DNA of 64,000 bases from Octopus sinensis (lineage: Eukaryota): contig NC_043002.1 of the NCBI RefSeq assembly GCF_006345805.1, positions 7,750,001 to 7,814,000 of the forward strand, read 5' to 3'. The translations under genes and the position numbers were made by a program. Position 1 is the first letter of the stretch. Each line of letters begins with the position of its first letter. Below, one piece after another: positions 52,418 through 64,000 of the stretch. Under the pieces are notes generated by a model. It was given only the letters and a program-made list of their open reading frames with translations, was not told where the DNA came from and made no database searches.

Positions 52418-54707
52418 ATATGTATGTATGTGTCTATGTATATATATATATATATATATATAATACACACACCACACCACAACACACACACACACACACA
52501 TATTATAATATATATATATATAGATATATATATATATATATATATATATTTGTCCCCCACCACTGCTTGACAACCGTGATGTGTTTATGTCCTCCATAAC
52601 TTTGCAGTTTGGCAAAAGCGACCGATAGAATAAGAACTAGGCTTTAAAAAATAAGTCCTGGGATCGATTTGCTCCACCAATACCTTTCAATGCGGTACCA
52701 CAACATAGCTACAGTCAAACGACTAAAACGGGTAAAAAAAAAATAAGGAAAAAGATGCATAGAATACACATATTTAGCTCCTTTTTTTTTTTTGGTTTCT
52801 TATTTATTAAGAAGTTCTTAAGATTTCTAGACAGTGGCAATCATGTATAGCGCAATTTTCTTTCTCAAAATCATCGTTATCACACAACCGAAGATATATT
52901 GAACATCTTAGGAAGTGAGGATTTATTATAAATGGAAAATAGTTACAACCGGGAAGAAATTCACGTAATGTGTTTTTCTCCGTTTTTCCTTCTTCATATG
53001 ACATTAGTTGTTTAGCAGGCAAAATACTAGGTTTCATGCCCCTGATCGGTCAAACTTTTAGAGAATTATGTGTATTTTCTGGTAATCATTCCTATCTAAC
53101 GTGCAATATTGCTGCTCTTAGAGAAAAAGCGAGAAAGAACGAAAAAGGAACCACAAGAAAAACGTAAAACAAAGAGGAAATGAGAAAAAAGAATCAAGAA
53201 CTATGGAGAGAAAGGAGATAAGACTTAAAATTGGAATTAACATGGTTGATGTAAGTAATTCAAAGAGGAAAGGTTAAAGTTTGAGAGACATCATGCTTAG
53301 CACGGAGACAATGTTTTTTGGATTTTTTTTTTCCAGTTCAGAAAATTGACCAGATGCTGATATTTAATAACAATTTCGGATGAAGAATTGAGTAGGTGAT
53401 GGAATTCTAAGATCTAAAAAGGATACGAAGTTTTTCGACAATACGAAGTCAGCACCTCCTCCACACTTCAACGTATGGCGTTAATGGATGCTTGACTTCC
53501 TTGTGTGTGGTGTATTGTTGGCCTTCAGGTCCCACACATGACTCGCTAACTTCGTGAGTTTTTTCTTCTTTACATGTCGAAAAAGAACTGGTCGTTGGTA
53601 CATCTTTTTTCAAAGTTACTTTTGCAGACACTAATATTATTTTTTCTTTTGAGTTCCGTTATTTTGAAGCACTGTGGTTACTTAAGCTTCGTAAACCATA
53701 CATGCCTGGTCGAACGGGAAGTGTTTCTGGGTCTCTGCATTACATTTTGGAGTAAGCACGTCACCTGTTGTGACCTACGGTTGGTAATATTTCTCATGTT
53801 GAGACAGCCGCTGTATAAAACTTTCACAGAACGTCTATCAGAAATTTTCTTCTATTTATGGCTATCCGGGAAATGCTTATCTATTAAGGCCAGGAATTTT
53901 CAGCCAACGTTAGTTTTAACATACAAAGAAAAACAGGAGTGGGGACATGTAATCTTCTTGGGTCTATTTTCTGGTTTTGTACTGTTGATTGTAGGGGCTT
54001 AAACTATTTTTGAAGTTACTGTTGGCCAGGAACTTATTATTGTAGGGGAGTGCATTAACGAATATTTCTTTAAAAAAATGAGCTTTCCTACTGCTGATAT
54101 TGGCATGAAACTAATATATTCAATATATATTCAAACCATTTGGTGGGGAGTTTACAAGCCTGTAATAGATATAATAATGTTATTGATAAGGATTTTGGCG
54201 TTGATGATGATGATGATCATCATCATCATCATCATCATCATCATCGTCATAACATTAGTGGTGCTGGTGGTGGTGGCGGCGGTGGTGCTTTTGTAGTAAC
54301 GAGTAATTTTTGACAAATATGTAAAGAGACAAGATCGGAATAAATACTTTCATAACAACAAAGAAAACAAACTGGAAGAAAGGAAAAAAACAGTGTGAAC
54401 CATAGCAACAATAGACCGAACACTAAATAACACCAATAAGAGACAAGGCCAACAATAGCAGTAGAAGCAACCACTACTACTACTACTACTACTAGCAGTA
54501 GAAGCAACTACTACTTGTACTACTAGCACTCTGTAAAGTACTGGGCGTTGGCATTACAAGTTCTTTAATGTTGCTTCGTAAAAGTTTATAGCGTTTATAT
54601 CTGAATTTAGTTGAAATATAGGCAGGAAATGAAGCAAAGTCTGAACAGAAAATGAAGATTGCTTAGCAATGCTACGTTTTAAATATAGAACACGTTGAAA
54701 GATATAT

Positions 54708-54922
54708 CTTTTACTCTTTTACTCTTTTACTTGTTTCGGTTATTTGATTGTGGCCATGCTGGAGCACCGCCTTTAGTCGAGCAAATCGACCCCGGGACCT
54801 ATTCTTTGTAAGCCCAGTACTTATTCTATCGGTCTCTTTTGCCGAACCGCTAAATGACGAGGACGTAAACACACCAGCATCGGTTGTCAACCAATGCTAG
54901 GGGGACAAACACAGACACACAA

Positions 54923-54959
<37 letters not shown>

Positions 54960-55119
54960 CATATATACGACAGGCTTCTTTCAGTTTCCGTCTACCAATT
55001 CCACTCACAAGGCATTGGTCGGCCCGGGGCTATAGTAGAAGACACTTGCCCAAGATGCCACGCAGTGGGACTGAACCCGGAACCATGTGGTTGGTAAGCA
55101 AGCTACTTACCACACAGCC
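54708..55119 (-). mobile_element. Near-full-length CORE-type SINE
   Basis: Family tail and head in reverse; the extreme 5' ~12 nt are missing. Confidence 0.9.
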
Positions 55120-56067
55120 AAACAATTTAATAAATAAAACATATGCATACATACGTACATACATATATGTACATACCTACATCTATATGTATATATACAT
55201 GCATATATGGGTACAGGACACCACAAAAAATCGTAGAACACAACGAGGAACGAAAACATAAAAAGAAAACAAGGAAACGGCCTTTTTTTAACAACGAAAA
55301 AACAGAGTACAAGACATACAACACAAGGAACATCTCCCTTCTTCAGCTGCCCCTGCTTCGACTTATATATATATATGAGTACAGATGCCAGAACTTTTCT
55401 ATGTATATTTAGAATATCGATTTGAATCAGTGCCTTAAGGCAAAATTTCTTCAGTCTATGTTTGACTATTTTTATGTATAACTATTTGACGGTTTCGCGC
55501 AAAAGGGAACAGCGTTTAAAGGGATATAATGTGAATGAAGTCGTTTTTTTTTTTTTTTTTATTCAAGTGACGTTTTTCTGCTTGTGATCTTTCTAACACA
55601 ATGTTCTCCGTGTCTGGTGAGAACAAGTACCAATGTAGCCTGTGTATTACGGGGAAGATATTTCGTTCAGTAAACTCCGATTTAACAGTCAAAAAGAAAC
55701 TGCTTGATATGAAATTATCTCTTGAGCAGGGTAGGGAATCTGCGGCTTTCTGAGGGATGAAATGCGGTCTTCTGAGAGACATACAACACTTGAGAGAATG
55801 TTATTGTATAAAACATTGTTATTGATTCAATTTAGTTTAAAGCTTTTGTTCTCGTTCAATTGCGAGTTTCAAGAAACATAAGTCTACATTTCATTATCAA
55901 TATTAGTAAAGCTTAAAACAGTAATCACAAGCATTTTCGGAAAGTAAATTAAGAAGCTAAGATGGGAGGTCTTTTCCTAAACTGCTTTTTAAACATTTTG
56001 ATAGATACTTTTATAAATACGTAATTATATAAAGAATAAATAACCGTTTTGGCAATATAATAATTCC

Positions 56068-56306
56068 GTAAGGCGGCGAGCTGGCAGAATCGTTAGCACA
56101 CCAGGCGAAATGGTTTGCGGTATTCCGTCTGCCGTTACGTTCTGAGTTCAAATTCCGCCGAGGTCGACTTTGCCTTTCTTCTTTTCGTGGTCGATTAAAT
56201 AAGTGCCAGTTACGCACTGGTTTCGATGTAATCGACTTAATCCGTTTGTCTGTCCTTGTTTATCCTCTCTGTGTTTAGCCCCTTGTGGGCAATAAAGAAA
56301 GAAAGA
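56068..56306 (+). mobile_element. Full-length Meta-like SINE with 13-bp TSD
   Basis: TSD aatataataattc at 56054-56066 and 56307-56319; tail (GAAA)n. Confidence 0.9.
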
Positions 56307-56947
56307 AATATAATAATTCTGTGTTGTTATTCTTGATTTTTTTAATCATTACATTTGTCCCGCTGAGACAGGAGTTAACCCTGGAGCAGTCTTTCAACAG
56401 AAAAAAAGAGAAACTACCCCTCATCTTTCTTAGAATGTACTGGAGTTTAGATTTCACATTTTCACCTATGTTCTCTTCGAATTCCACTGAAATCAATATT
56501 TCGCCCAACTTTTCACCTCGAATTAAGATTAACAAATATTCATTCTACAAACTTCCGTATACTTTTCATGCCACAGAGCGAAATAACCAATAAACATTAT
56601 AATACAATACAATGGACCACATGCATATTCACGTACAGTCGTTTCTATGTATAAGCCTTTTTTACCCGATGTCCCTGTCTTCTGACACTTCCTCGGCCGG
56701 ATATTGACAACACGCTTTCACAAAGATAATGAACACTAACATAATAGTGTTATTTAGAAGGGACCACATACTCGTATAATATCCATCGGATGAATTGTTC
56801 CGTATAGCATGAGACTAGGAAGTCAGAGAAGTTGATACATTTACCAACAATATTTTTATAATAATTCTAGATTTCATATACAATGTATTAATGTCATTGT
56901 TTTTGCTTCATGGAACCATTTAGAAATTCTTTTGACATTTGTATACA

Positions 56948-57125
56948 TGCGCAGGAGTGGCTGTGTGGTAAGTAGCTTGTTTACCAACCACATGGTTCCG
57001 GGTTCAGTCCCACTTCATGGCACCTTGGGCAAGTGTCTTCTACTATAGCCTCGGGTCAACCAAAGCCTTAACAGTGGATTTGGTAGACGGAAACTGAAAG
57101 AAGCCCGTCGTATATATACATACAT

Positions 57126-57183
<58 letters not shown>

Positions 57184-57294
57184 GTTTATATATTTGTTGT
57201 GCAAGATTTTTTATGTGAAGTCGTGTGTTGAAACAGATATTGTTATATTTCGGATTGGTCATTTTGCCAGTTTAGCCGATAAAAACACACGCAC

Positions 57295-57377
<83 letters not shown>

Positions 57378-57600
57378 TTGTGTGTCTGTGTTTGTCCCCT
57401 CAACATCGCTTGACAACCGATGCTGATGTGTTTACGTCCCCGTAACTTAGCGGTTCGGCAAGAGACCGATAGAGTAAGTACTAGGCTTACAAAGAATAAG
57501 TCCTGGGATCGATTTGCTCGACTAGAAAGGCGGTGCTCCAGCTCCAGCATGGCCGCAGTCAAATGACTGAAAGAAGTAAAAAAATAAAAGAAAAAGAAAA
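56948..57600 (+). mobile_element. Full-length CORE-type SINE with a Penelope-associated fragment (57190-57300) in its microsatellite
   Basis: Head and tail are intact. The insert is the reverse complement of ~15622-15735. Confidence 0.88.
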
Positions 57601-58331
57601 AAATACATATATGTATGTATGATTGTAAAACTAAAAACCCAAAAAACAAAAAAAGCCATTTTTTCGATCCCACCTCTATTGGAAAAGATCCAGACTTGAA
57701 TCAACACAAGTAAATAGGTGATTAGTCAGCAAGAACTAACTGATTTCTAGTCGACCACTGTCGGGTTTTTACTGCCTGGTCACTTATATTAGGTTCGATT
57801 AATCTGATCTGTTAACTAGAGCAGAACTAATTACCAAGTGTTCGACCGTATGAATAGATTACCATTGTAGGCAGACTAACACAGAGGGCGCTACACATAA
57901 ATATAGTGTAATATTACCAATAATCCAATACGTACATGTACACTAAATATTTTACAATCTAGTCATACAGACAGACAGGCAGACAGGCAGACACACATAT
58001 ATGCGCATACACATCAACACGCACACATCCACACACACATACATTGCTACATATATTCGTATGAAAACATACCTAAAGATATATGCGTGTGTGTGAGTGC
58101 ACACACACACACACACACATATATATATACATATCTATATATGTATGTGTGTGTGTGTGTATGTATGTATATGTATATACATATAGATAGATAAATACAT
58201 ACATACATACATACGTACATACGTACATACATACAAACATACATAGACACATGCACATGCAAATATGCTCACATCTGTCTATCTCTAACCCCTCTCTCTC
58301 TCTCTCTCTCGCTATATATATATATATACTA

Positions 58332-58726
58332 CTAGCAGTATCGCCCGGCGTTGCTCGGGTTTTGTAGGGAAATAACTATATAAGCATTTTTAGAGAGTTA
58401 TAGCCAAAAAATAGCAAAAAAAATCATTAAAAATGGAAAAAAAATTATGGTAAATTTTTTTTAAATCGTTGACTCATCGTAGACATTTTTAGAGAGTTAC
58501 TTCCCTATATATAGCGAAAAAATGCATTAAAATGGAAAAAAATGATGGTAATTTTTTTTTTTAATCGTAGACTCATCGTAGACGCGCGCTGATACCCAGA
58601 AGGGCTCGATATGAATCATGACTATAAGATACCCGGTTTTGGTTAAACTGCACCGCAAAATGTGGGAGTAGTTAGGAATCTAAATCGTAGGAGACAGACA
58701 CACAACTTCACTTTTATATATAAAGA
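58332..58726 (-). mobile_element. Non-autonomous Helitron
   Basis: Minus strand: a|TCtttatatataaaag ... cccgagcaacgccggg hairpin - cgatactg - CTAG|t. Confidence 0.85.
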
Positions 58727-58730
58727 TATA

Positions 58731-59550
58731 CCGGGTGTCCCAAAAGTCACTGGTGGGTTTCAATTTCCTTAACTTTACAAATAAAAGCATGCAATTTTGA
58801 TACAATATAAAGAGCATAATGGAAATTAATATACACAAGTCGGATTTTGAAACACCACTGCATCACATATGAAAGATGGACATCGGTTAAATGGCAGCCA
58901 TTTTCGGCTTCGTACGCCTGTGCTCTTTACAAAATTTGCACCACAACACCCTCAAGAGTTAGATACCCCACCTCTCTGATTTCTCTACTGATGTTCTTCA
59001 GTTGCACCAGGGTCTCCAGTTTGTTGACGTAAACCCTCTCTTTCAAGTATCTCCATAAGAAAAACTCCGGGCTAGTCAAGTCTGGGGAACGTGAAGTCCA
59101 TTGAAAGTAGACCTCACACATGATTCTGTTCATACCGCAAGAGAAACAACGCAGTTACTACGCAGTGCTTTAGAGAGAGAATACTCTCCTGCTACAGTAA
59201 TGTCAACTGGCCTTCACGTCCCCCAGATTTTTTTCTTGTGGGGGATACTTGAAAGAGAGGGTTTACGTCAAGAAACCGGAGACCCTGGTGCAACTGAAGG
59301 AGAACATCAATAGAGAAATCAGAGAAGTGGGGTCTGAAACTCTTGAGGGTGTTATGGTTCAAGTTTTAGAAAGAGCACGAGCATTTAAGTGATGTCATTT
59401 TATATAAGTTATGTAGAGTTGTTGCAAAATAGGACTTGTGCATATTAATTCCCATTATGTCCTTTATATTGTATCAAAATTTCATGCATTTATTTGTAAA
59501 GTTAAGGAAGTTATTAAAAATTGAAACCCATCAGTGACTTTTGGGGCAGC

Positions 59551-59553
<3 letters not shown>
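58731..59553. mobile_element. Tc1/mariner fold-back element made of two inverted transposase 3' ends
   Basis: TA flanks; ccgggtgtcccaaaagtcact/agtgacttttggggcagcctg ends. Both arms encode WxxRSPDL..FFLW.YLKERVYV.KLETLVQLK (minus at 58950-59105, plus at 59205-59370). Spacer ~95 bp. Confidence 0.9.
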
Positions 59554-59585
<32 letters not shown>

Positions 59586-59629
59586 TACTTGGAGGAAAGA
59601 AACGAAACGACGCGAGGCGCTCAGTCATA

Positions 59630-59693
59630 TAATAACAATTTAATAAATAAAATATATGCATACATACATACATGTACGTACTATATCTATATG

Positions 59694-59724
<31 letters not shown>

Positions 59725-59810
59725 TATATTTTACATATATACATATAGATGTAGGTACGTACATATATGTATGTATGTATGCATATATTTTATTTATTAA
59801 ATTGTTATTA
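59630..59810. repeat. ~180-bp palindrome around (TA)n
   Basis: taataacaatttaataaataaaatatatgcatac pairs with gtatgcatatattttatttattaaattgttatta. A related single arm lies at 55121-55200. Confidence 0.85.
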
Positions 59811-59979
59811 TTATATATATATATATATTATATATATATATATATATATATGCGTGTGCGTGTATATGCGTGTGTGTGTGTATGCTAAAACACAATCTAC
59901 ATTCCAACATAGATATTTACACACATACTCACGCACACACAACACACACACATGCACACACATACATACATACATACAT

Positions 59980-60160
<181 letters not shown>

Positions 60161-60979
60161 GATTCATGAATATAGATGCAGAAATTTCTCCAGATTGTTT
60201 TTAGAATATTGATTTGAATTAGTGACCCAAGGTCAAGAACGTTTCACTGGTGGGAACAATCGATTATTTCCAGTCAAGTCCATGATTTGTATGGGCTAAC
60301 GAGCGTTGTATTGACTAGAAATAGCAGCCAAATCGCCCACAAATTACATCCTAATATCATATAAAAGGACATTAGATAAAGCAGTCCTGAATACACAATG
60401 CTTGAAAAAGATGAAATGGTCATAGATGGAACGCCTTTTATCAAGCTGTATTCGTTCGGAGCTGAGCTGTGAATAAACAGCATCAATAGAAGCAGCTGAG
60501 TAACAACAACAACAACGAAACCTACAGCAAGAATTAACGACTACCGTTACCAATTGGTTATTGAAAACTATCGTGTTTAAAGAGGGCGCTTTAGTTTATA
60601 ATGTCATGGCTTCAATGAGCCGGGCGCAAAGACGGCTGGTAATGCCTTTTATATCATAAGACTGCTCTATCGATATTGACCTGGGTTAAACAACCACTAA
60701 AGCCATTGGTAGTGCATATACCGTTTCTTATATTAAAGATATTTGTAATTAAAGGTGTAGAGTTAATGTTTGGTTATTAAAGAATTCGTTGACTCGTACA
60801 CACTTGATTAAAGAAAAAACTATGTTGTGTGTATTAATGCATGTATGTGTGCATGTGTGTATATATATGTGTGTGTAAATGTGTGTGTGTATGTGCATGT
60901 GTGTCTGTATGCGTGTGTGTGTGTATATATGCTTTTGCATGAGAGATTTATCTGAATGCTTTTGTAATTGAATTCTATA

Positions 60980-61570
60980 CGAGGTCTGATCAATTAGTAT
61001 CCAGACTGGTGTTATAAAAACAGAAGTACAGCACGTACCAATTTGGCATTTAATCTCCTTCAATCAAAGTGGTCCCCTTCGGAAACCACACACTTAATCC
61101 AGCGCTGTTTCCATTGATGGAAGCATTTCTGGAACTCGTTTTGGGGGATAATCAACAGCTGCCTCGTCACATTCACTTTTATTTCCTCGATGCCCTGAAA
61201 TCTTCCTTTCAAGCGGGATGTGATTTTTGGAAAGAGGTAAAAATCGCAAGGGGCGAGATTTGGGGAATACGGTGGCTGCTGGACCTAGAGAATGCTGTGC
61301 CTAGCCCAAAACTGCGGCACAAGCTGCGCTGAATGGGCAGGTGCGTTGTCATGGTGCAATTGTCACTCACTGGACGCATTCAGTTGTGGTCTTTTCCGAC
61401 GATTAGCATCTTACAAACGCTGCAAAACGTCACAGTAGTACTTCTTGTTTACTTTCTGACAAGGTGGAACATACTCATGATGAAGAATCCCTTTATAGTC
61501 GAAGAAAACGGCCAACAGTGTCTTCACATTGCTTCAGTATCGAAGAGGTTGGGGTTTTCCACTGCGAAGA
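60980..61570 (-). pseudogene. mariner 3' half with TIR (different subfamily from 42404)
   Basis: TA-cgaggtctgatcaattagtatccagac TIR. Minus strand reads PYSPNLAPCDF..FPK..LKGRFQGIEEIKVNVTRQL..FQKCFHQWKQRWIKCV.SEGDHF. Confidence 0.85.
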
Positions 61571-61909
61571 CACGTTGTTGAAGGTCGTGGTTGAAGCCAA
61601 TAGCGATTTTATTGAATAAATTTACTGTTTAGTATTTCAAGATATTTTAATGTAATTTTAGTGAATATATGTTAAAATCAGGTGTCAGTGGTATTTTCAT
61701 TTTTGCATATTTTAAACGACAATGTATTCAGCGCACTCTGTATATCTATAATAGAAATTGGACATGGGCGAGCGTTTTATTCTTTCTTGTCTTGAGGTTC
61801 ACAGCCAAACGGCTGGGTGGATTCTTGTGAAAAATGGCACACATGTGGAAACGGGTGCATACATTGGAATGCAGTTTGTAATTTTTTCCTAACCCTCCAT
61901 TCGTACCGA

Positions 61910-62556
61910 TAAAATCAACACTCTACTATCGCCGCCAGTTTACTCGCTCGACATCGCTGAACACATGGTTACAAGCACTGGCGATGAAAAATGGTGCTTT
62001 TACGTCAATATAAAGCAGAGAAAATAATAGCTCAGCCTCGATAAACAAGCGACTCTGCGAGCAAAAAAAGACCTTCATCTTCGAAAGACCATGTCGTGTG
62101 TATGGTGGGACTGGGAAGGCATAATTCATTACGAACTGCTTGAGCGCAGTCAAACACTCAATACGGAGCTCTATGTCCAACAACTAGCAAGAAAAAAAGA
62201 CAATTCCAGTCCTCACATCGCCAATATGACCAAAGCCGCGATTCATTAACTCGAATGGGAAGTGCTGCCTTATCTCCAGAGTATAGAGGATAAGGCAACA
62301 TTTTAGATTTTCATCTCTTTCGACCGCTTTTGAACTCTTTCACGGTGTATCGTTCAATAAAGACGTGGAATTGAGGGCTTTGTTGGACGAATTCTTTGAG
62401 ACTAGTTTGGGAGTTTTCTATCGCCGAGGCATGGAAAAACTTATTGATCGATGAGAGGAAGTGGTAAACAACAACGGAGAGTATACTATTGATTAATTTG
62501 TTGTAGATTTTTTTAATAAATTTGAAAAAAACGCTTAACATAATAGAACGACAATA
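61910..62556 (+). pseudogene. mariner catalytic-domain remnant, same family as 42404
   Basis: TGDEKWCFYVN, TMSCVWWDWEGIIHYELL, PHIANMTK, WEVLP, DFHLFR, FYRRGMEKLIDR*EEVVNNNGEY. Confidence 0.88.
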
Positions 62557-63374
62557 CTAATTAATAGATGATCAGAAAATCATCAAGGTCAATTGCTTAC
62601 ACCAAAAACTTATTCTATATGTTTTATAAATTTTCATTACCGTATATCGGTTTAAAGCTCTATGAAAAGAAATTTACTGTATGTAATACCTAGAAAAGGA
62701 AAGTAAATTAATGTTATTCTATTTTGAAACAGTTGTTTTAAGTGTAATCAGAGTTACAACCGCGAAACAAGCTCAACGAAAATTAACTGTCGATCCATGG
62801 GACTAGACAAAAAAAATCACGGATAATTTGCTCAAATGATTTGTAAAGGATTTGTTTATTTTTGATTAGAAAAATATACGCCATGTGTTACCAAAAACAA
62901 ACATATTTCATAACATTTGTGAAGTATATTAAACCTCACACGAAATGAATTTGATGCAACCGCAATTATAGCGCGTTGCGTTTTAGATTTAGAAGCATTA
63001 CGTTTTATTCGACACCAATTGATAAAACTAGAAAACAAGCCGATCTGATGAGGGAGATACTAAGTGTTTACTCGACTAGCTTGAAAAAGCAACCAAATTT
63101 CCCTAAACATTTTTCATTACATCTTAAAATAAAAGGAGGAATTACAACCGTGTTTCGTGGTCTGATACCACAATAGCTCTTTTATAGGATCCAGTTAGCT
63201 CAAGACATCATCAGGAGTAACCACGTCCGGTTTCGGCCCCTACTCCTCTACCGTTTTGACGAGGCGGCCCCCCTCTTTCGGAGGTGTCTTCAGCTCTGGT
63301 GTTGGGTGCGTGTCTTCTTTCTTCTTCTTCCTTCTGTTCCCTGGCCTCTTCGATGTATCGTCAGCGAGTGTCAG

Positions 63375-63415
63375 CCGGTGACTGACTGACTTGTCAAATT
63401 TTTCCCTTTAAATGC
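63375..63415 (-). promoter_or_regulatory. Possible TATA-like + Inr core promoter in a GC-rich island (63180-63450)
   Basis: On minus, tttaaa (plus 63407-63412) lies ~23-27 nt upstream of TCAGT repeats (plus actga 63381-63389). Confidence 0.25.
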
Positions 63416-64000
63416 CTGCCGTTAGGCTCCAGCAGGCAGCCCCGAAATAGATAATTTAGTCGATGATATCCTTAAAAGGATGGAGTGGTCACGGTTAGAA
63501 TTCCTTCGATCATTGCAAACTGTGCTACAACATGCTACAGGTGTAAAACTTCAAAATGTATATGATGATGTCAGGTGTGATGGGTTTAAATTATCCTTTT
63601 AAATTTCAAGGGCCTTTTTTTGTGATTTCTTTTCGCTACGTAGCAACAGCTTTGCCAAACCGACTGCATTCAAGGTCTGTGGAGCACATCTGAGCAAAAA
63701 ATCCACAATTACCAAGCGTATGAAAGAAAAACATCAGCCCAAGCTCTCACTAATCACACCCTTACGTCCTACAACACGAGGAAGGATAGATTGAATAAAG
63801 CAGTTCTAGATTTGTAGAAAACAAGACGAGGTGGCCCAGGAGGGAATGTTTTTGATCATAAGTCTAGTCAACCAGTGTTAAACAACAACAATAACTCATT
63901 ACCAGGACTGTAATGCTTTTTGACAGTAAACTGCTTGAGGCCCATAACCCTTGAACAGGGGCAGAAAACGAAACTAAGACAATCGATCTTGACCACGATT

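Noticed and set aside
63151-63170. tggtatcaga on minus resembling a tRNA-Met primer-binding site
   Set aside because: Only 10 nt, matches the plant-type rather than the animal initiator tRNA end, and has no adjacent LTR CA end or second LTR.
63205-63245. GAAAC...CUGAUGA on minus (type II hammerhead order)
   Set aside because: No stem I can form between the NUH site and CUGAUGA.

Overview
This is AT-rich, microsatellite-saturated animal genomic DNA with no convincing host protein-coding gene. The repeat families look like those of Octopus (coleoid cephalopod); I recognise them from memory and ran no search. Most of the supplied ORFs are translations of (TA)n/(CA)n/(TATG)n/(GATA)n or polypurine tracts. 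Real content: (1) many tRNA-derived SINEs of at least four families, several with readable target-site duplications; (2) decayed non-LTR retroelements: RTE/BovB-like (22.0-24.3 kb), R4/Dong-like RLE end (40.9-41.4 kb), CRE-like RLE end (48.1-49.3 kb), and Penelope-like RT+GIY-YIG (14.3-15.3 kb); (3) several mariner/Tc1 remnants, a TIR MITE with internal telomere-like repeats, and non-autonomous Helitrons. The most interesting layer has three parts. First, several minimal type-I hammerhead ribozyme motifs (CUGANGA-stem II-GAAA, palindromic stem III) sit in Penelope-type repeats, including a ~410-bp palindrome with two back-to-back hammerheads at 30.8-31.3 kb. Second, there is an unusually high density of fold-back palindromes. 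Third, an uninterrupted ~235-codon orphan ORF at 43.0-43.7 kb is followed by a tail resembling the 3' end of the abundant Meta-type SINE and then a Penelope-type terminus. Coordinates were counted by eye and are accurate to within a few bases.
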